A stretch of 41,232 nucleotides of DNA from positions 1-41,232 of the forward strand of contig BTVI01000031.1 in NCBI GenBank assembly GCA_045862955.1. The letters are read 5' to 3'. Made by a program: the position numbers and the translations under genes. How positions within the stretch are numbered: position 1 is the stretch's first letter; the number at the start of each line of letters is the position of its first letter. Below are positions 8,114 to 16,946 of this stretch, in pieces. Under the pieces are notes generated by a model. The model did no database searches and was not told where the DNA came from. It saw nothing but the letters and a program-made list of their open reading frames with translations. This stretch comes from Fimbriimonadales bacterium. Its GTDB lineage: Bacteria; Armatimonadota; Fimbriimonadia; Fimbriimonadales; JABRVX01.

Positions 8114-9571
8114 ATGTTTCGTACAACGTATCTCTTATTCCTGCTCGGCGCGGCAGTCGTCGCCTCGCAGGCCCAAACCAACTGGCAGAACCCCAAGACG
8201 ATGCGTCTGGTGGTTACCGAGAAGGGCGATCTGGTGACCGAGAAGCAGATCACCGTCTATCGCAAAGGCGGGCAGATGCGCATCGAAGGCACCTTCCCGG
8301 TCGGCGGTGCCTTGGCCAAGACTCCGCACGTCCGGCTCATCTCCGGCGAAGGGTCGTTCCTGTACGTCCCGAGCCTGAATGCCGCGCTTGCCGAGCCTGG
8401 CGTTACGGCCTCCGACCGCATCGAAGTCGCCTTCCCTGCGAACGTGAAGAAGGCGCTGTTCTCCGCCCCCGCTTCGCTCCTTCAGAAGGAGCTGCAGCGA
8501 CCGGCCAAGTTCGAGGGCGAAGACACGGTCGTCGGGCGAAAGTGCTACTTGCTGACCACCACGGACCCCCGAAGCAACGTTCACCAAGAAAAACAGTGGA
8601 TTGACCAGACGTATGGATTAGTGCTGCGGTACCAGCGCATCGAGGCGGGCAAGGTCGTGTACTCGCGAGAGGTGATCGAGGCAACGTTCAACGAGCCGAT
8701 GGAGGATTCGCTGTTCGGTCTGCCCGAGGGGACCACGCTCGTCCAGGGTGGTGTCTCGGCCGCGGCGCTGGAGCGGGTCCGAACGCTCGGCGACCGCACG
8801 CAGTACGAGGCGGAGCTTGCAAGCGTGATCGAGAAGTTCAGCAAGACGCTGAACCTGAGCTGGGTCGCGACGATCACGCCGCCCGAGAAGTTCCGCCACG
8901 CCTCCACCGTTCATCGGACGATGCGCTCCGCGGGCGGCAATGAGCCGAAGGCCATCCGGCCGTTCTCGGGTGGCACGCCGGGCGGTCCCCCGCCTGCCGG
9001 ACAGCAGCGCATCTGGGTAGACCCGGAAGGCAATCGCGTTACTGTGACCATCGTTGACGACGGAGCCGGCATGGAGTCGCCGCCCGGAGTGCCTCGCGAC
9101 CGTCCCGTGATCGTTCAGGCCCAAGTGACCACCGCGGGCGGGGAGCCGGACATCCAGGTGCTGGAAGGCCCGCCGCCGCCCGACCGCGAGCAACGCGAGG
9201 CCAACCTCACACCGGAGATGCGTCAGCGCCTTCAGGAACTCCGGGAGGCCCGGCGCGCCGCGACCTCGCAGCAGCCGAATGAAGGAGTGTTCGTCAGCGA
9301 GTTCATTGACCCCGAGAGCGGCAAGACCATCGTCTTCGTGCAGTCCAAAGACAACGACCCGACCTCGACGCTTTCCGCCCGCGGACCGCTGGGCGACTCG
9401 GAGAAGGTGACGGTGGCGGGGGTCGAGGGGACTCTGTTCACGGGTGGCAAGCCGGGCGGACGGGTCTCGGTAATCTGGAAACAGAACAACACCTGGTTCG
9501 GACTGTCGAGCGTCGGCCTTACTAAGGATGAGCTGTTGCAGATCGCCGGCACCGTGAAACGCTTCCGCTAG
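8114..9571 (+). CDS. Secreted LolA/RseB(MucB)-like protein with DUF4367-like C-terminus
   Basis: Signal peptide, then a LolA-fold pattern (GEDTVVGRKCYLL...WIDQTYGLVLR...FNEPMEDSLF.LPEG). C-terminus is VTVAGVEG...IWKQNNTWFGLSSVGLTKDELLQIA. Confidence 0.6.
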   Translation: MFRTTYLLFLLGAAVVASQAQTNWQNPKTMRLVVTEKGDLVTEKQITVYRKGGQMRIEGTFPVGGALAKTPHVRLISGEGSFLYVPSLNAALAEPGVTASDRIEVAFPANVKKALFSAPASLLQKELQRPAKFEGEDTVVGRKCYLLTTTDPRSNVHQEKQWIDQTYGLVLRYQRIEAGKVVYSREVIEATFNEPMEDSLFGLPEGTTLVQGGVSAAALERVRTLGDRTQYEAELASVIEKFSKTLNLSWVATITPPEKFRHASTVHRTMRSAGGNEPKAIRPFSGGTPGGPPPAGQQRIWVDPEGNRVTVTIVDDGAGMESPPGVPRDRPVIVQAQVTTAGGEPDIQVLEGPPPPDREQREANLTPEMRQRLQELREARRAATSQQPNEGVFVSEFIDPESGKTIVFVQSKDNDPTSTLSARGPLGDSEKVTVAGVEGTLFTGGKPGGRVSVIWKQNNTWFGLSSVGLTKDELLQIAGTVKRFR

Positions 9572-9621
9572 GCTCGCGGAAATCGGGCGCCTCCCTCTCC
9601 CCGCCTCGCGGAGAGGGCTAG

Positions 9622-10071
9622 CGCAGAGAGACGATCTCTTCACGAGCCAGTGCGAGCAGAGTTGAGGTATCCCTCTGCGTTCTCGGCAACTCCTTCGCGA
9701 CCTCCGCGCGAGAGCCCGGCCCGGCCGCGCGCGAGATGCGGCAACTCGCCAGGTCTCATTCCCACGCAGAGTGCGCAGAGGTCCGCGACGAACGCAGAGA
9801 GACGCTCTCTTCACGAGCCCGTGCGTGCAGCCGCAAGGTATCCCTCTGCGTTCTCGGCAACTCCTTCGCGATCTCCGCGCGAGAGCCCGGTCCCGAGGCC
9901 GATGATGCCTGCTGTGCGCGAGGTGCAGTAACTCGCCAGGTCTCCATCCCACGCAGTGCACGCAGAGGTCCGCAACGAACGCAGAGAGACGCTCTCTTCA
10001 CCAGCCCGTGCGTGCAGCCGTGAGGTATCCCTCTGCGTTCTCGGCAACTCCTTCGCGACCTCCGCGCGAGA
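9622..10071. repeat. Tandem array (about 2.5 units of 171-187 bp) of repeat family B (CGCAGAG/CTCTGCG)
   Basis: CGCAGAGAGACG occurs at 9622, 9793 and 9980. TCCCTCTGCGTTCTCGGCAACTCCTTCGCGA.CTCCGCGCGAGA occurs at 9670, 9841 and 10028. GAACGCAGAG/CTCTGCGTTC form inverted pairs. Confidence 0.92.
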
Positions 10072-10112
10072 TCCGCATGCCGCCACCACGAGCCGCGAGG
10101 CACGAGTAGCCA

Positions 10113-10592
10113 TCACAGCTCCTGCCAGTCGCCCCGAAGTGCGGTCAGCAGGACCTCGCGGACTGCCTCGGCGATGCCGGGTGCCTGGCTCTCTCTGGAT
10201 CCAGCGACGTTCAACACCCGCACGTCGTTCTGCGCCACCCAGACTGCTAGCTGCGCCGCAGCCGATTCGACTCCAACTTCCTCCAAGTCCAGGTGGAGCA
10301 GCGGCTTGTCGTGAACCGAGGCCAGCTCGACCGTCAGTGCGCTCCCGCCGACAGGCTCGCCATAGGTAAACAGCACCGTGCCGTCCGAATCGATTACGTT
10401 GCGCTCGGTTCGCACTGCGAAATCCGCCGAATCGGTCTCCGTCAACTCATAGCGCTCCGGAATCGTTCCGTCCTCGGCAAGGCGACCCGCGGGGCACCAG
10501 CCACCGTGCGAGATGCCCAGCTCGATCGCGGCATCCAGACCACCCCGATCGGCTCCCGTCTGCCCACCCGATACGACACGCTCTACTGCCAT
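10113..10592 (-). CDS. Putative molybdenum carrier / circularly permuted YpsA-like SLOG family protein
   Basis: Motifs VVSGGQTGADRGGLDAA, HGGWCPAGRLAEDG, RTERNVIDSDGT and LNVAGSRES. Start reassigned to ATG 10592. Confidence 0.85.
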   Translation of the reverse strand: MAVERVVSGGQTGADRGGLDAAIELGISHGGWCPAGRLAEDGTIPERYELTETDSADFAVRTERNVIDSDGTVLFTYGEPVGGSALTVELASVHDKPLLHLDLEEVGVESAAAQLAVWVAQNDVRVLNVAGSRESQAPGIAEAVREVLLTALRGDWQEL

Positions 10593-10665
10593 GCCCTCAG
10601 GTTCCTCACCGGGACCCGACGGCCTGCCGAGGGTATCATTCTGCCTCCCCGAGGAGTGCCGACCG

Positions 10666-11529
10666 ATGCCCGATCCAATCATCAGGATTGCTCTTCCGAA
10701 AGGCCGCATGGAGGCCGGCGTGCTCGCCCTGCTTCAGGATGCGGGTATGCCCGTGCGCTCGGGTGCGCGCGAGTACCGGCCCAGCATCGGAATGCCGGGC
10801 TTCGAGGCCAAGATCCTGAAGCCACAGAACATCATCGAGATGGTGCATCTCGGGTCGCGCGACGTCGGCTTTGCCGGGGCCGACTGGGTGGCGGAGATGA
10901 ACGCCGATGTCGTCGAGCTCCTGGACACGGGCCTCGACCCCGTCCGACTGGTGGCAGCCGCCCCGGAGGATGTGCTGGAAGACGGCAAGCTGCCGGCGCG
11001 GCCACTGGTGGTAGCGTCCGAATACGAGAAGCTCGCGACCGACTGGATCCGGCGCGAGGGACTCGACGCGAAGGTAGTCCGGTCTTACGGGGCCACGGAG
11101 GTGTTTCCGCCCGAAGACGCCGACTGCATTGTGGACAACACGGCATCCGGAGCGACTCTGGAGGCGAATAACCTGCGAGTGGTCGGGGAGATCATGCATT
11201 CGTCCACTAGGCTCTATGGCAATCCCGCCGCGATGCAAGACCCGTCCAAGCGAACAGCGGTGGACCAATTCGTGTTGCTGCTTCGCTCGGTACTAGATGC
11301 CCGACGTAGGGTGATGCTGGAAGTGAACGTGCCGGCCGACAAGCTGGAACGCGTGATCGAAGTACTGCCCTGCATGAGAGAACCTACCATCGCACAGTTG
11401 CATGGCGAGGCCGGCTATGCGGTGAAGGCTGCGGTTCCGCGGGAGGACCTCTCGCGCGTGATCCTCGACGTGAAGGCGCGAGGCGGCACCGACGTGGTAG
11501 TCACCGAGATAGCGCAGATCGTGCCATGA
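10666..11529 (+). CDS. hisG: ATP phosphoribosyltransferase (long form)
   Basis: Motifs IALPKGRM and SYGATEVFPPEDADCIVDNTASGATLEANNL, with a C-terminal regulatory domain (LPCMREPTI). RBS GAGGAG before ATG 10666. Confidence 0.95.
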   Translation: MPDPIIRIALPKGRMEAGVLALLQDAGMPVRSGAREYRPSIGMPGFEAKILKPQNIIEMVHLGSRDVGFAGADWVAEMNADVVELLDTGLDPVRLVAAAPEDVLEDGKLPARPLVVASEYEKLATDWIRREGLDAKVVRSYGATEVFPPEDADCIVDNTASGATLEANNLRVVGEIMHSSTRLYGNPAAMQDPSKRTAVDQFVLLLRSVLDARRRVMLEVNVPADKLERVIEVLPCMREPTIAQLHGEAGYAVKAAVPREDLSRVILDVKARGGTDVVVTEIAQIVP

Positions 11530-13235
11530 GCGTTCTGAAGCCGGCCCCAGCGCTCTCCAACCTAACGGCCTATTCGGTCCCCGCGCATCCCGCCCCGCTC
11601 GACTTACGACTGGACGGCAACGAGGGTATGTGTCCGCCTGCGGAGTTGCTATCGGCACTAACAGCGGCTGGTCCAGAGGTGATGAGGCGCTACCCGGATG
11701 CGAGCGAACTGCAAGGGCTGCTTGCGGAGCGGCTCGGCGTGGAGCCGTATCGAGTGTTAGTAACGGCAGGAGCGGACGATGCCTTGGACCGCGCTTGCCG
11801 CGCGATGCTGGCTCCGGGCCGGCAGATGCTGCTACCCTCCCCTTCCTTCGAGATGCTGCCACGATACGCGAGCTTGGCTGGGGCGAAGGTAGTAACCGTT
11901 GCCTGGCCTCCCGGTAAGTCCTTCCCCATCGAAGCCACGCTGCAGGCGATCACCCAAGCCACCTCGCTGGTGTGCTTCGTGTCACCTAACAACCCGACGG
12001 GAGCCACCGCGCGTGCAGAGGATCTGCGAAGGCTGTCGGAGGCCGCGCCCCACGCACTGGTCCTAGCAGACTTCGCTTACGCCGAGTTCGCCGACCGCGA
12101 CGACACGCTGTTCGCCCTGTCCCTACCCAACGTGGTGGTGACACGCACGCTATCGAAGGCATGGGGACTGGCAGGACTGAGGGTGGGGTATGCGGTTGGA
12201 CCCCCCGAGGTGATCGGCTGGATGCGAGCCGCCGGAAGCCCCTACTCCGTCTCGCGCGCGTCGCTGCTGATTGCGGCCGAGGCACTGCGAGGAGGCGAGG
12301 GAGGTATGCGGTCCTTCGTCGAGCGCGTTCGGTTCGAGCGAGGCGAGTTGCAACGTCTCCTCGTGTCGCACGGTGTCGAGAGCTTCCCCTCGCAGGCTAA
12401 CTTCGTGCTCGCTCGGCGCCCCGACGCGCTATGGCTGCGTGATGCCATGGCAGGCATGGGGATTGCGATTCGTGCCTTTCCGGGCAGGGAGTCCCTCGAC
12501 GATTGCGTGCGCATCACCTGCCCAGGCGACGAGGGGCAGTTCGACCGCCTCTGCAAGTCGCTCTCGGTCGTGCTCGCTCCGCAAGCCCTACTGCTGGACC
12601 TGGATGGAGTGTTAGCCGACATTTCGGGCTCCTACCGTCGAGCCGTATTCGAAACCGCCAAGACTTTCGGCGTAGCGCTCGACCCAGACGAGGTAGTACG
12701 TGCCAAAGCGGAAGGTCAGTCGAATAACGACTACGAGCTCACGCATCGGCTCCTGTCGGCACGAGGCGTCGCCGCGAGCCTGACCGAGGTAACCGAGAGA
12801 TACGAGACGCTCTACGCAGCCGAAGACGGCCTATGGCGGAACGAACGCCTCCTGGTGGATGCAGAGTGGCTGCGCCGCTTGGCAACGAGAATTCCGATCG
12901 GAGTGGTCACGGGACGCTTGCGTCGACATGCCGAGCGCTTCCTATCAGGAGTAGGGTTGCTCGATTGCCTCGGTGCTCTGGTGTGCATGGAGGATGCTCC
13001 CGAAAAGCCGAACCCGGATCCGCTGCTACTTGCCATGAGCAGGCTGGGAGTGCAGCGTGGATGGATGGTGGGAGACCTAGTGGACGATGTTAGGGCCGCT
13101 CGTGCTGCGGGACTACTACCACTGGCAGTAGTTTCGCCTGCGGACACACCAGAGGTGATGGCACCCGCCCTGTTGCGGGCGGGCGCCGCGCGCGTGCTTA
13201 CCCGACTGGAAGAAGTCGAGAGGTTGCTGCCATGA
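11526..13235 (+). CDS. hisC: Histidinol-phosphate aminotransferase fused to a C-terminal HAD hydrolase (probable histidinol-phosphate phosphatase)
   Basis: HisC motifs LDGNE, RYPD, SPNNPTG and RTLSKAWGLAGLRVGY. From about 12580, HAD motifs DLDGV, VTGR, EKPNPDP and GDLVDD follow in the same frame. Confidence 0.9.
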   Translation: MSVLKPAPALSNLTAYSVPAHPAPLDLRLDGNEGMCPPAELLSALTAAGPEVMRRYPDASELQGLLAERLGVEPYRVLVTAGADDALDRACRAMLAPGRQMLLPSPSFEMLPRYASLAGAKVVTVAWPPGKSFPIEATLQAITQATSLVCFVSPNNPTGATARAEDLRRLSEAAPHALVLADFAYAEFADRDDTLFALSLPNVVVTRTLSKAWGLAGLRVGYAVGPPEVIGWMRAAGSPYSVSRASLLIAAEALRGGEGGMRSFVERVRFERGELQRLLVSHGVESFPSQANFVLARRPDALWLRDAMAGMGIAIRAFPGRESLDDCVRITCPGDEGQFDRLCKSLSVVLAPQALLLDLDGVLADISGSYRRAVFETAKTFGVALDPDEVVRAKAEGQSNNDYELTHRLLSARGVAASLTEVTERYETLYAAEDGLWRNERLLVDAEWLRRLATRIPIGVVTGRLRRHAERFLSGVGLLDCLGALVCMEDAPEKPNPDPLLLAMSRLGVQRGWMVGDLVDDVRAARAAGLLPLAVVSPADTPEVMAPALLRAGAARVLTRLEEVERLLP

Positions 13236-13816
13236 CAGAACGTAGAAGCGAGATCGTTCGTGAGACGCGTGAAACCCGCATCGAGCTTGCACTCTGTATC
13301 GACGGAGTAGGCGAAGCAGACATCGCTACGGGTATCGGCTTCCTCGACCACCTACTCACAGCACTGACATGTCACGCTCGATTCGACTTGCATCTCGTGT
13401 GCCGCGGAGACACCGACGTGGACGATCACCACACGGCCGAGGATTGTGCGCTCGCATTGGGCACGGCGCTCGATGAGTGTCTGGGAGATCGCTCGGGCAT
13501 CGCACGCTTCGGATATGCCTACGCTCCGCTGGACGAAGCGCTCGCGCGCGCAGTGGCGGATCTTTCCGGTCGCCCCTTCCCTTGCGTGGACCTCGGGCTG
13601 CGCCGAGAGCGCTTGGGTGATCTCTCGTGTGAGAACATCGGCCACGTGTTAGCATCACTAGCGGTGGCGGGTCGCATGGCGCTGCACGTGGACCTGATCA
13701 AGGGCCTGAACGAGCATCACAAGGCAGAGGCAGCATTCAAAGCCACGGCTCTGGCGCTGCGTCAGGCAGTCGTCCGCCTCGGCGAGGGAGTGCCCAGCAC
13801 CAAGGGAGTGCTGTGA
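13232..13816 (+). CDS. hisB: Imidazoleglycerol-phosphate dehydratase (monofunctional)
   Basis: Motifs RETRET, TGIGFLDHLL, DDHHTAED, NEHHKAEAAFKA and PSTKGVL. Confidence 0.96.
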   Translation: MTERRSEIVRETRETRIELALCIDGVGEADIATGIGFLDHLLTALTCHARFDLHLVCRGDTDVDDHHTAEDCALALGTALDECLGDRSGIARFGYAYAPLDEALARAVADLSGRPFPCVDLGLRRERLGDLSCENIGHVLASLAVAGRMALHVDLIKGLNEHHKAEAAFKATALALRQAVVRLGEGVPSTKGVL

Positions 13817-14424
13817 ACCCCGAGACGCTCATCGTTCGCACGGGGGTGGCGAATGTGGCCTCGGTCGTGGCTGCCTTTCGACGCCTGGGAGTGGAACCGG
13901 AATTCTCGTCCAGACCCGAGGACGTAGCTTCTGCACAGGCCCTCGTTCTGCCCGGCGTAGGTGCTTTCGAGGCTGCCATGCATGCGCTACGCGCGGCAGA
14001 CTTGGATGCAGCGATCCGCGACCGCGTCCTCGCAGGGCGCCCCACCCTCTGCGTGTGCCTGGGCCTACAGCTGCTGTGCGAAGGCAGCGAAGAGGCGCCC
14101 GGCGTGGCCGGCCTCGCGGTAATACCACACATGGTGACGAGGTATCCTGACAGCGTCAGAGTGCCTCAGCTCGGCTGGAATCGGGTGGAGCCAGAGCAAG
14201 GATGCAGGATGTTAGTCTCTGGCTACGCGTACTTCGCGAACTCCTATCGTCTCGCAGAGGCCCCGGCGGACTGGCAAGTAGCGTGGTCGGACCACGGGGG
14301 ACGCTTCGTTGCCGCTATGGAACGTGACGGTGTCCTGGCATGCCAGTTTCATCCCGAGCTCTCCGGGCCGTGGGGCCTGTCGCTGATTGGCCGCTGGCTC
14401 GAGTCCTCCACACGTCATGCGTAG
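13813..14424 (+). CDS. hisH: Imidazole glycerol phosphate synthase glutaminase subunit
   Basis: Motifs LPGVGAF, VCLGLQLL, VPQLGWN and QFHPE. Confidence 0.94.
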   Translation: MNPETLIVRTGVANVASVVAAFRRLGVEPEFSSRPEDVASAQALVLPGVGAFEAAMHALRAADLDAAIRDRVLAGRPTLCVCLGLQLLCEGSEEAPGVAGLAVIPHMVTRYPDSVRVPQLGWNRVEPEQGCRMLVSGYAYFANSYRLAEAPADWQVAWSDHGGRFVAAMERDGVLACQFHPELSGPWGLSLIGRWLESSTRHA

Positions 14425-14475
14425 GAGTTGCCTGGAAGACGGCCTTGCACTCGCATCCACCAACCGGTGTCATCG

Positions 14476-16842
14476 TCAGCCGGCCACCCGCAACGTGTAT
14501 GCTCTGCCGGGAGCGACGGACAGGACGATGCGCTTACCGTCCTGCTCCCACCCCTCCGTCGCCCCAGCAATCGAGGTGACACGTACGTCCGTCGGCAACT
14601 CGATGACGATCTTGCCCTTCGCCCACACACTCTTCAGCACCGCTCCGGTCAGCCGTCCGTCCTCCCACTTCATTGACACATCCACCCCACCGCGTGCACG
14701 CAGACCCGAGACGCTTCCGCTCGGCCAAGCCTTCGGCAGACACGGTAGCAGCCGGATGACACCCGTGTGACTTTGCAATAGCATCTCCGCAACTCCTGCC
14801 GTGTAACCGAAGTTGCCGTCAATCTGAAAGGGCGGATGGTTATCGAACAGATTGGGCAGCGTGGACTTCGCTAACAGCGCATGCACGTTCTCGTGCGCAC
14901 GCTCGGCATCGAGCAGGCGCGCCCAGAAGTTGATGATCCAAGCGCGACTCCAGCCGGTGTGCCCCCCGCCGTGTTTGAGCCGGCCCTCGATCGACTTGCG
15001 CACTGCCTCGGCCAAGTCCGGGGTACCGTCGGGAGTGATGCGCCGACCAGGATGCAATCCGAACAAGTGTGACATGTGCCTGTGGCCCGGCTCTACCTCT
15101 ACTAACTCCTCCGACCACTCCATCAGCCTTCCATCCGACCCGATCCGCGGGAGATGCAAACGCTTGCGCGCGATGGCAGCACGCCGTGTGAGGTCGTTGC
15201 TTATACCCAACACCTCGGCGGCCTCGAGGTAGTTCGATAGCGTCTCCCACGCAATCTCCTGATCCATGGACGGACCCATGGTGAGCGACGCACGCTTGCC
15301 TTCATCGTACTCGAACGTGTTTTCCGGTGACGTGGTCGGTCCAGAGACGAGCCTGCCGGTCTCCGGGTCCTCGCACAGCCAGTCCAGCAGGAACTCCACC
15401 GCACCTTGCAGGATCGGTAGGGCACGCTCGCGCAGGAACGCTTTGTCACCAGTGTAACGGTAATGCTCGATGTAGTGCTGCGTGCACCAAGCTCCCCCGA
15501 GTGGAAACATCCCCCACAGGGGAGCACCTACCAGCGCCGTATAAAACCACACATCCGTCTGATGATTGGCCACCCATCCGCGCATGCCATAGCTCTCCCT
15601 CGCACTGACTGCTCCGTGCTTTGCCAGCTCGTCTATGTAGTCGAAGAACGGCCCGTGCAACTCCGATAGGTTAGTAGACTCTGCGGGCCAGTAGTTCATT
15701 TGCAGATTGATGTTGATATGGTAGTCGCCCTGCCAGGGTGTCTCGATGTCCTTGCTCCAGATACCTTGCAGGTTGGCGGGCAGGTGGCCTGGGCGAGAGC
15801 TAGCGATGAGTAGGTAGCGGCCGTAGTGGAACATCAACGCCTCTAACCCTGCGTCAGCGGCGCCTAGTTGCACCGCACGTAGCCGCTCGTCGGTCGGCGT
15901 GTCGTCACGGCCCCCCGCGAGGCTCAGCCCGACCCGATCGAAGTATGCGGAGTGGTCCTTTACCGCCTGATCCAGAAGCCTCCTGTAACCGCTCTTCAAT
16001 GCGCCATCCAGCCTAGCCTCACAGGCAGCTACCAGATCGTGCAACCTGGGATGGAAGATGTCGCGCATGTTGTAGTCCGTCTCCGCGGTGAAGAGAATGG
16101 TGACAGCCCGCGCGCCACTCACTCCCAGGCCTTCTTCTTCCGGCAAACACCTGCCTTGCTCCGTCTGCACCCGCAATGCAGCCGCATAGCGAACACCCGG
16201 CTTCTTCCCACCCTGCGTCACTTGCCCGGTCATCACCAAGCCGTCGTTACCCAGTGTGCAAGTGACGAAGTCGGCGGGCCGATCCAGTGTAATGTCGAAC
16301 GACAGCCCATCGCGGCGCTCGCTCTCGATACGTACCACTAACACGTTGGCAGGGTAGTTGGCGAAAACCTGTTCCTTACACCGCGCCCCGTTCGCCGTGT
16401 AGCGCACCGTAACGAGACCCGTCCGAAGATCCAGCTCTCGCACGTAGTCCGAGACGCTCTCGTGTCCCCGAAACGACAGGTGAAGATCACCCAATGTCTG
16501 ATAGGATCGGGGCCAGTCGAAGTCCACCAAGAAATGCTTACGCGCAAGGTCCTCTACCTCTTGATACTTGCCCTGGAAAGCGAGACGGCGCATCTCGGGC
16601 AGTGCTTCATGCGCATTCTTCGGCGCTTCTGGGCGCGGTGGGCCTGCCCACATGGATTTTTCGTTCAGTTGGATGCGCTCGCTCTTCGGATGTCCGAAGA
16701 TCATCGCGCCGAGAGCTCCGTTGCCTACTGGCAGCGCCTCGTTCCAGTCGCTCGCGGGCTGCCGATACCATAGGCGGGGGCATGCAGGGACGGGGGAAGG
16801 GGAACTCATCAGGATCACCGTGGATGCGAGGATGGCCAACAT
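14476..16842 (-). CDS. GH95 alpha-L-fucosidase-like glycoside hydrolase
   Basis: Motifs [52 protein letters not shown] and [11 protein letters not shown]. Start reassigned to ATG 16842, followed by a short hydrophobic leader. Confidence 0.93.
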   Translation of the reverse strand: MLAILASTVILMSSPSPVPACPRLWYRQPASDWNEALPVGNGALGAMIFGHPKSERIQLNEKSMWAGPPRPEAPKNAHEALPEMRRLAFQGKYQEVEDLARKHFLVDFDWPRSYQTLGDLHLSFRGHESVSDYVRELDLRTGLVTVRYTANGARCKEQVFANYPANVLVVRIESERRDGLSFDITLDRPADFVTCTLGNDGLVMTGQVTQGGKKPGVRYAAALRVQTEQGRCLPEEEGLGVSGARAVTILFTAETDYNMRDIFHPRLHDLVAACEARLDGALKSGYRRLLDQAVKDHSAYFDRVGLSLAGGRDDTPTDERLRAVQLGAADAGLEALMFHYGRYLLIASSRPGHLPANLQGIWSKDIETPWQGDYHININLQMNYWPAESTNLSELHGPFFDYIDELAKHGAVSARESYGMRGWVANHQTDVWFYTALVGAPLWGMFPLGGAWCTQHYIEHYRYTGDKAFLRERALPILQGAVEFLLDWLCEDPETGRLVSGPTTSPENTFEYDEGKRASLTMGPSMDQEIAWETLSNYLEAAEVLGISNDLTRRAAIARKRLHLPRIGSDGRLMEWSEELVEVEPGHRHMSHLFGLHPGRRITPDGTPDLAEAVRKSIEGRLKHGGGHTGWSRAWIINFWARLLDAERAHENVHALLAKSTLPNLFDNHPPFQIDGNFGYTAGVAEMLLQSHTGVIRLLPCLPKAWPSGSVSGLRARGGVDVSMKWEDGRLTGAVLKSVWAKGKIVIELPTDVRVTSIAGATEGWEQDGKRIVLSVAPGRAYTLRVAG

Positions 16843-16946
16843 TTGGCAGCGAGTGTACCGCCCCAAACGGTCGTCACCATCTCCGAAGGTATGGGCAGGA
16901 GGCCGGGAAGTGGCGCTGAACTGGTGGTGCACCGCTCGACGTCGAG

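Noticed and set aside
9650..10116. Several 90-115 aa ORFs
   Set aside because: They lie wholly within the family B tandem repeat.
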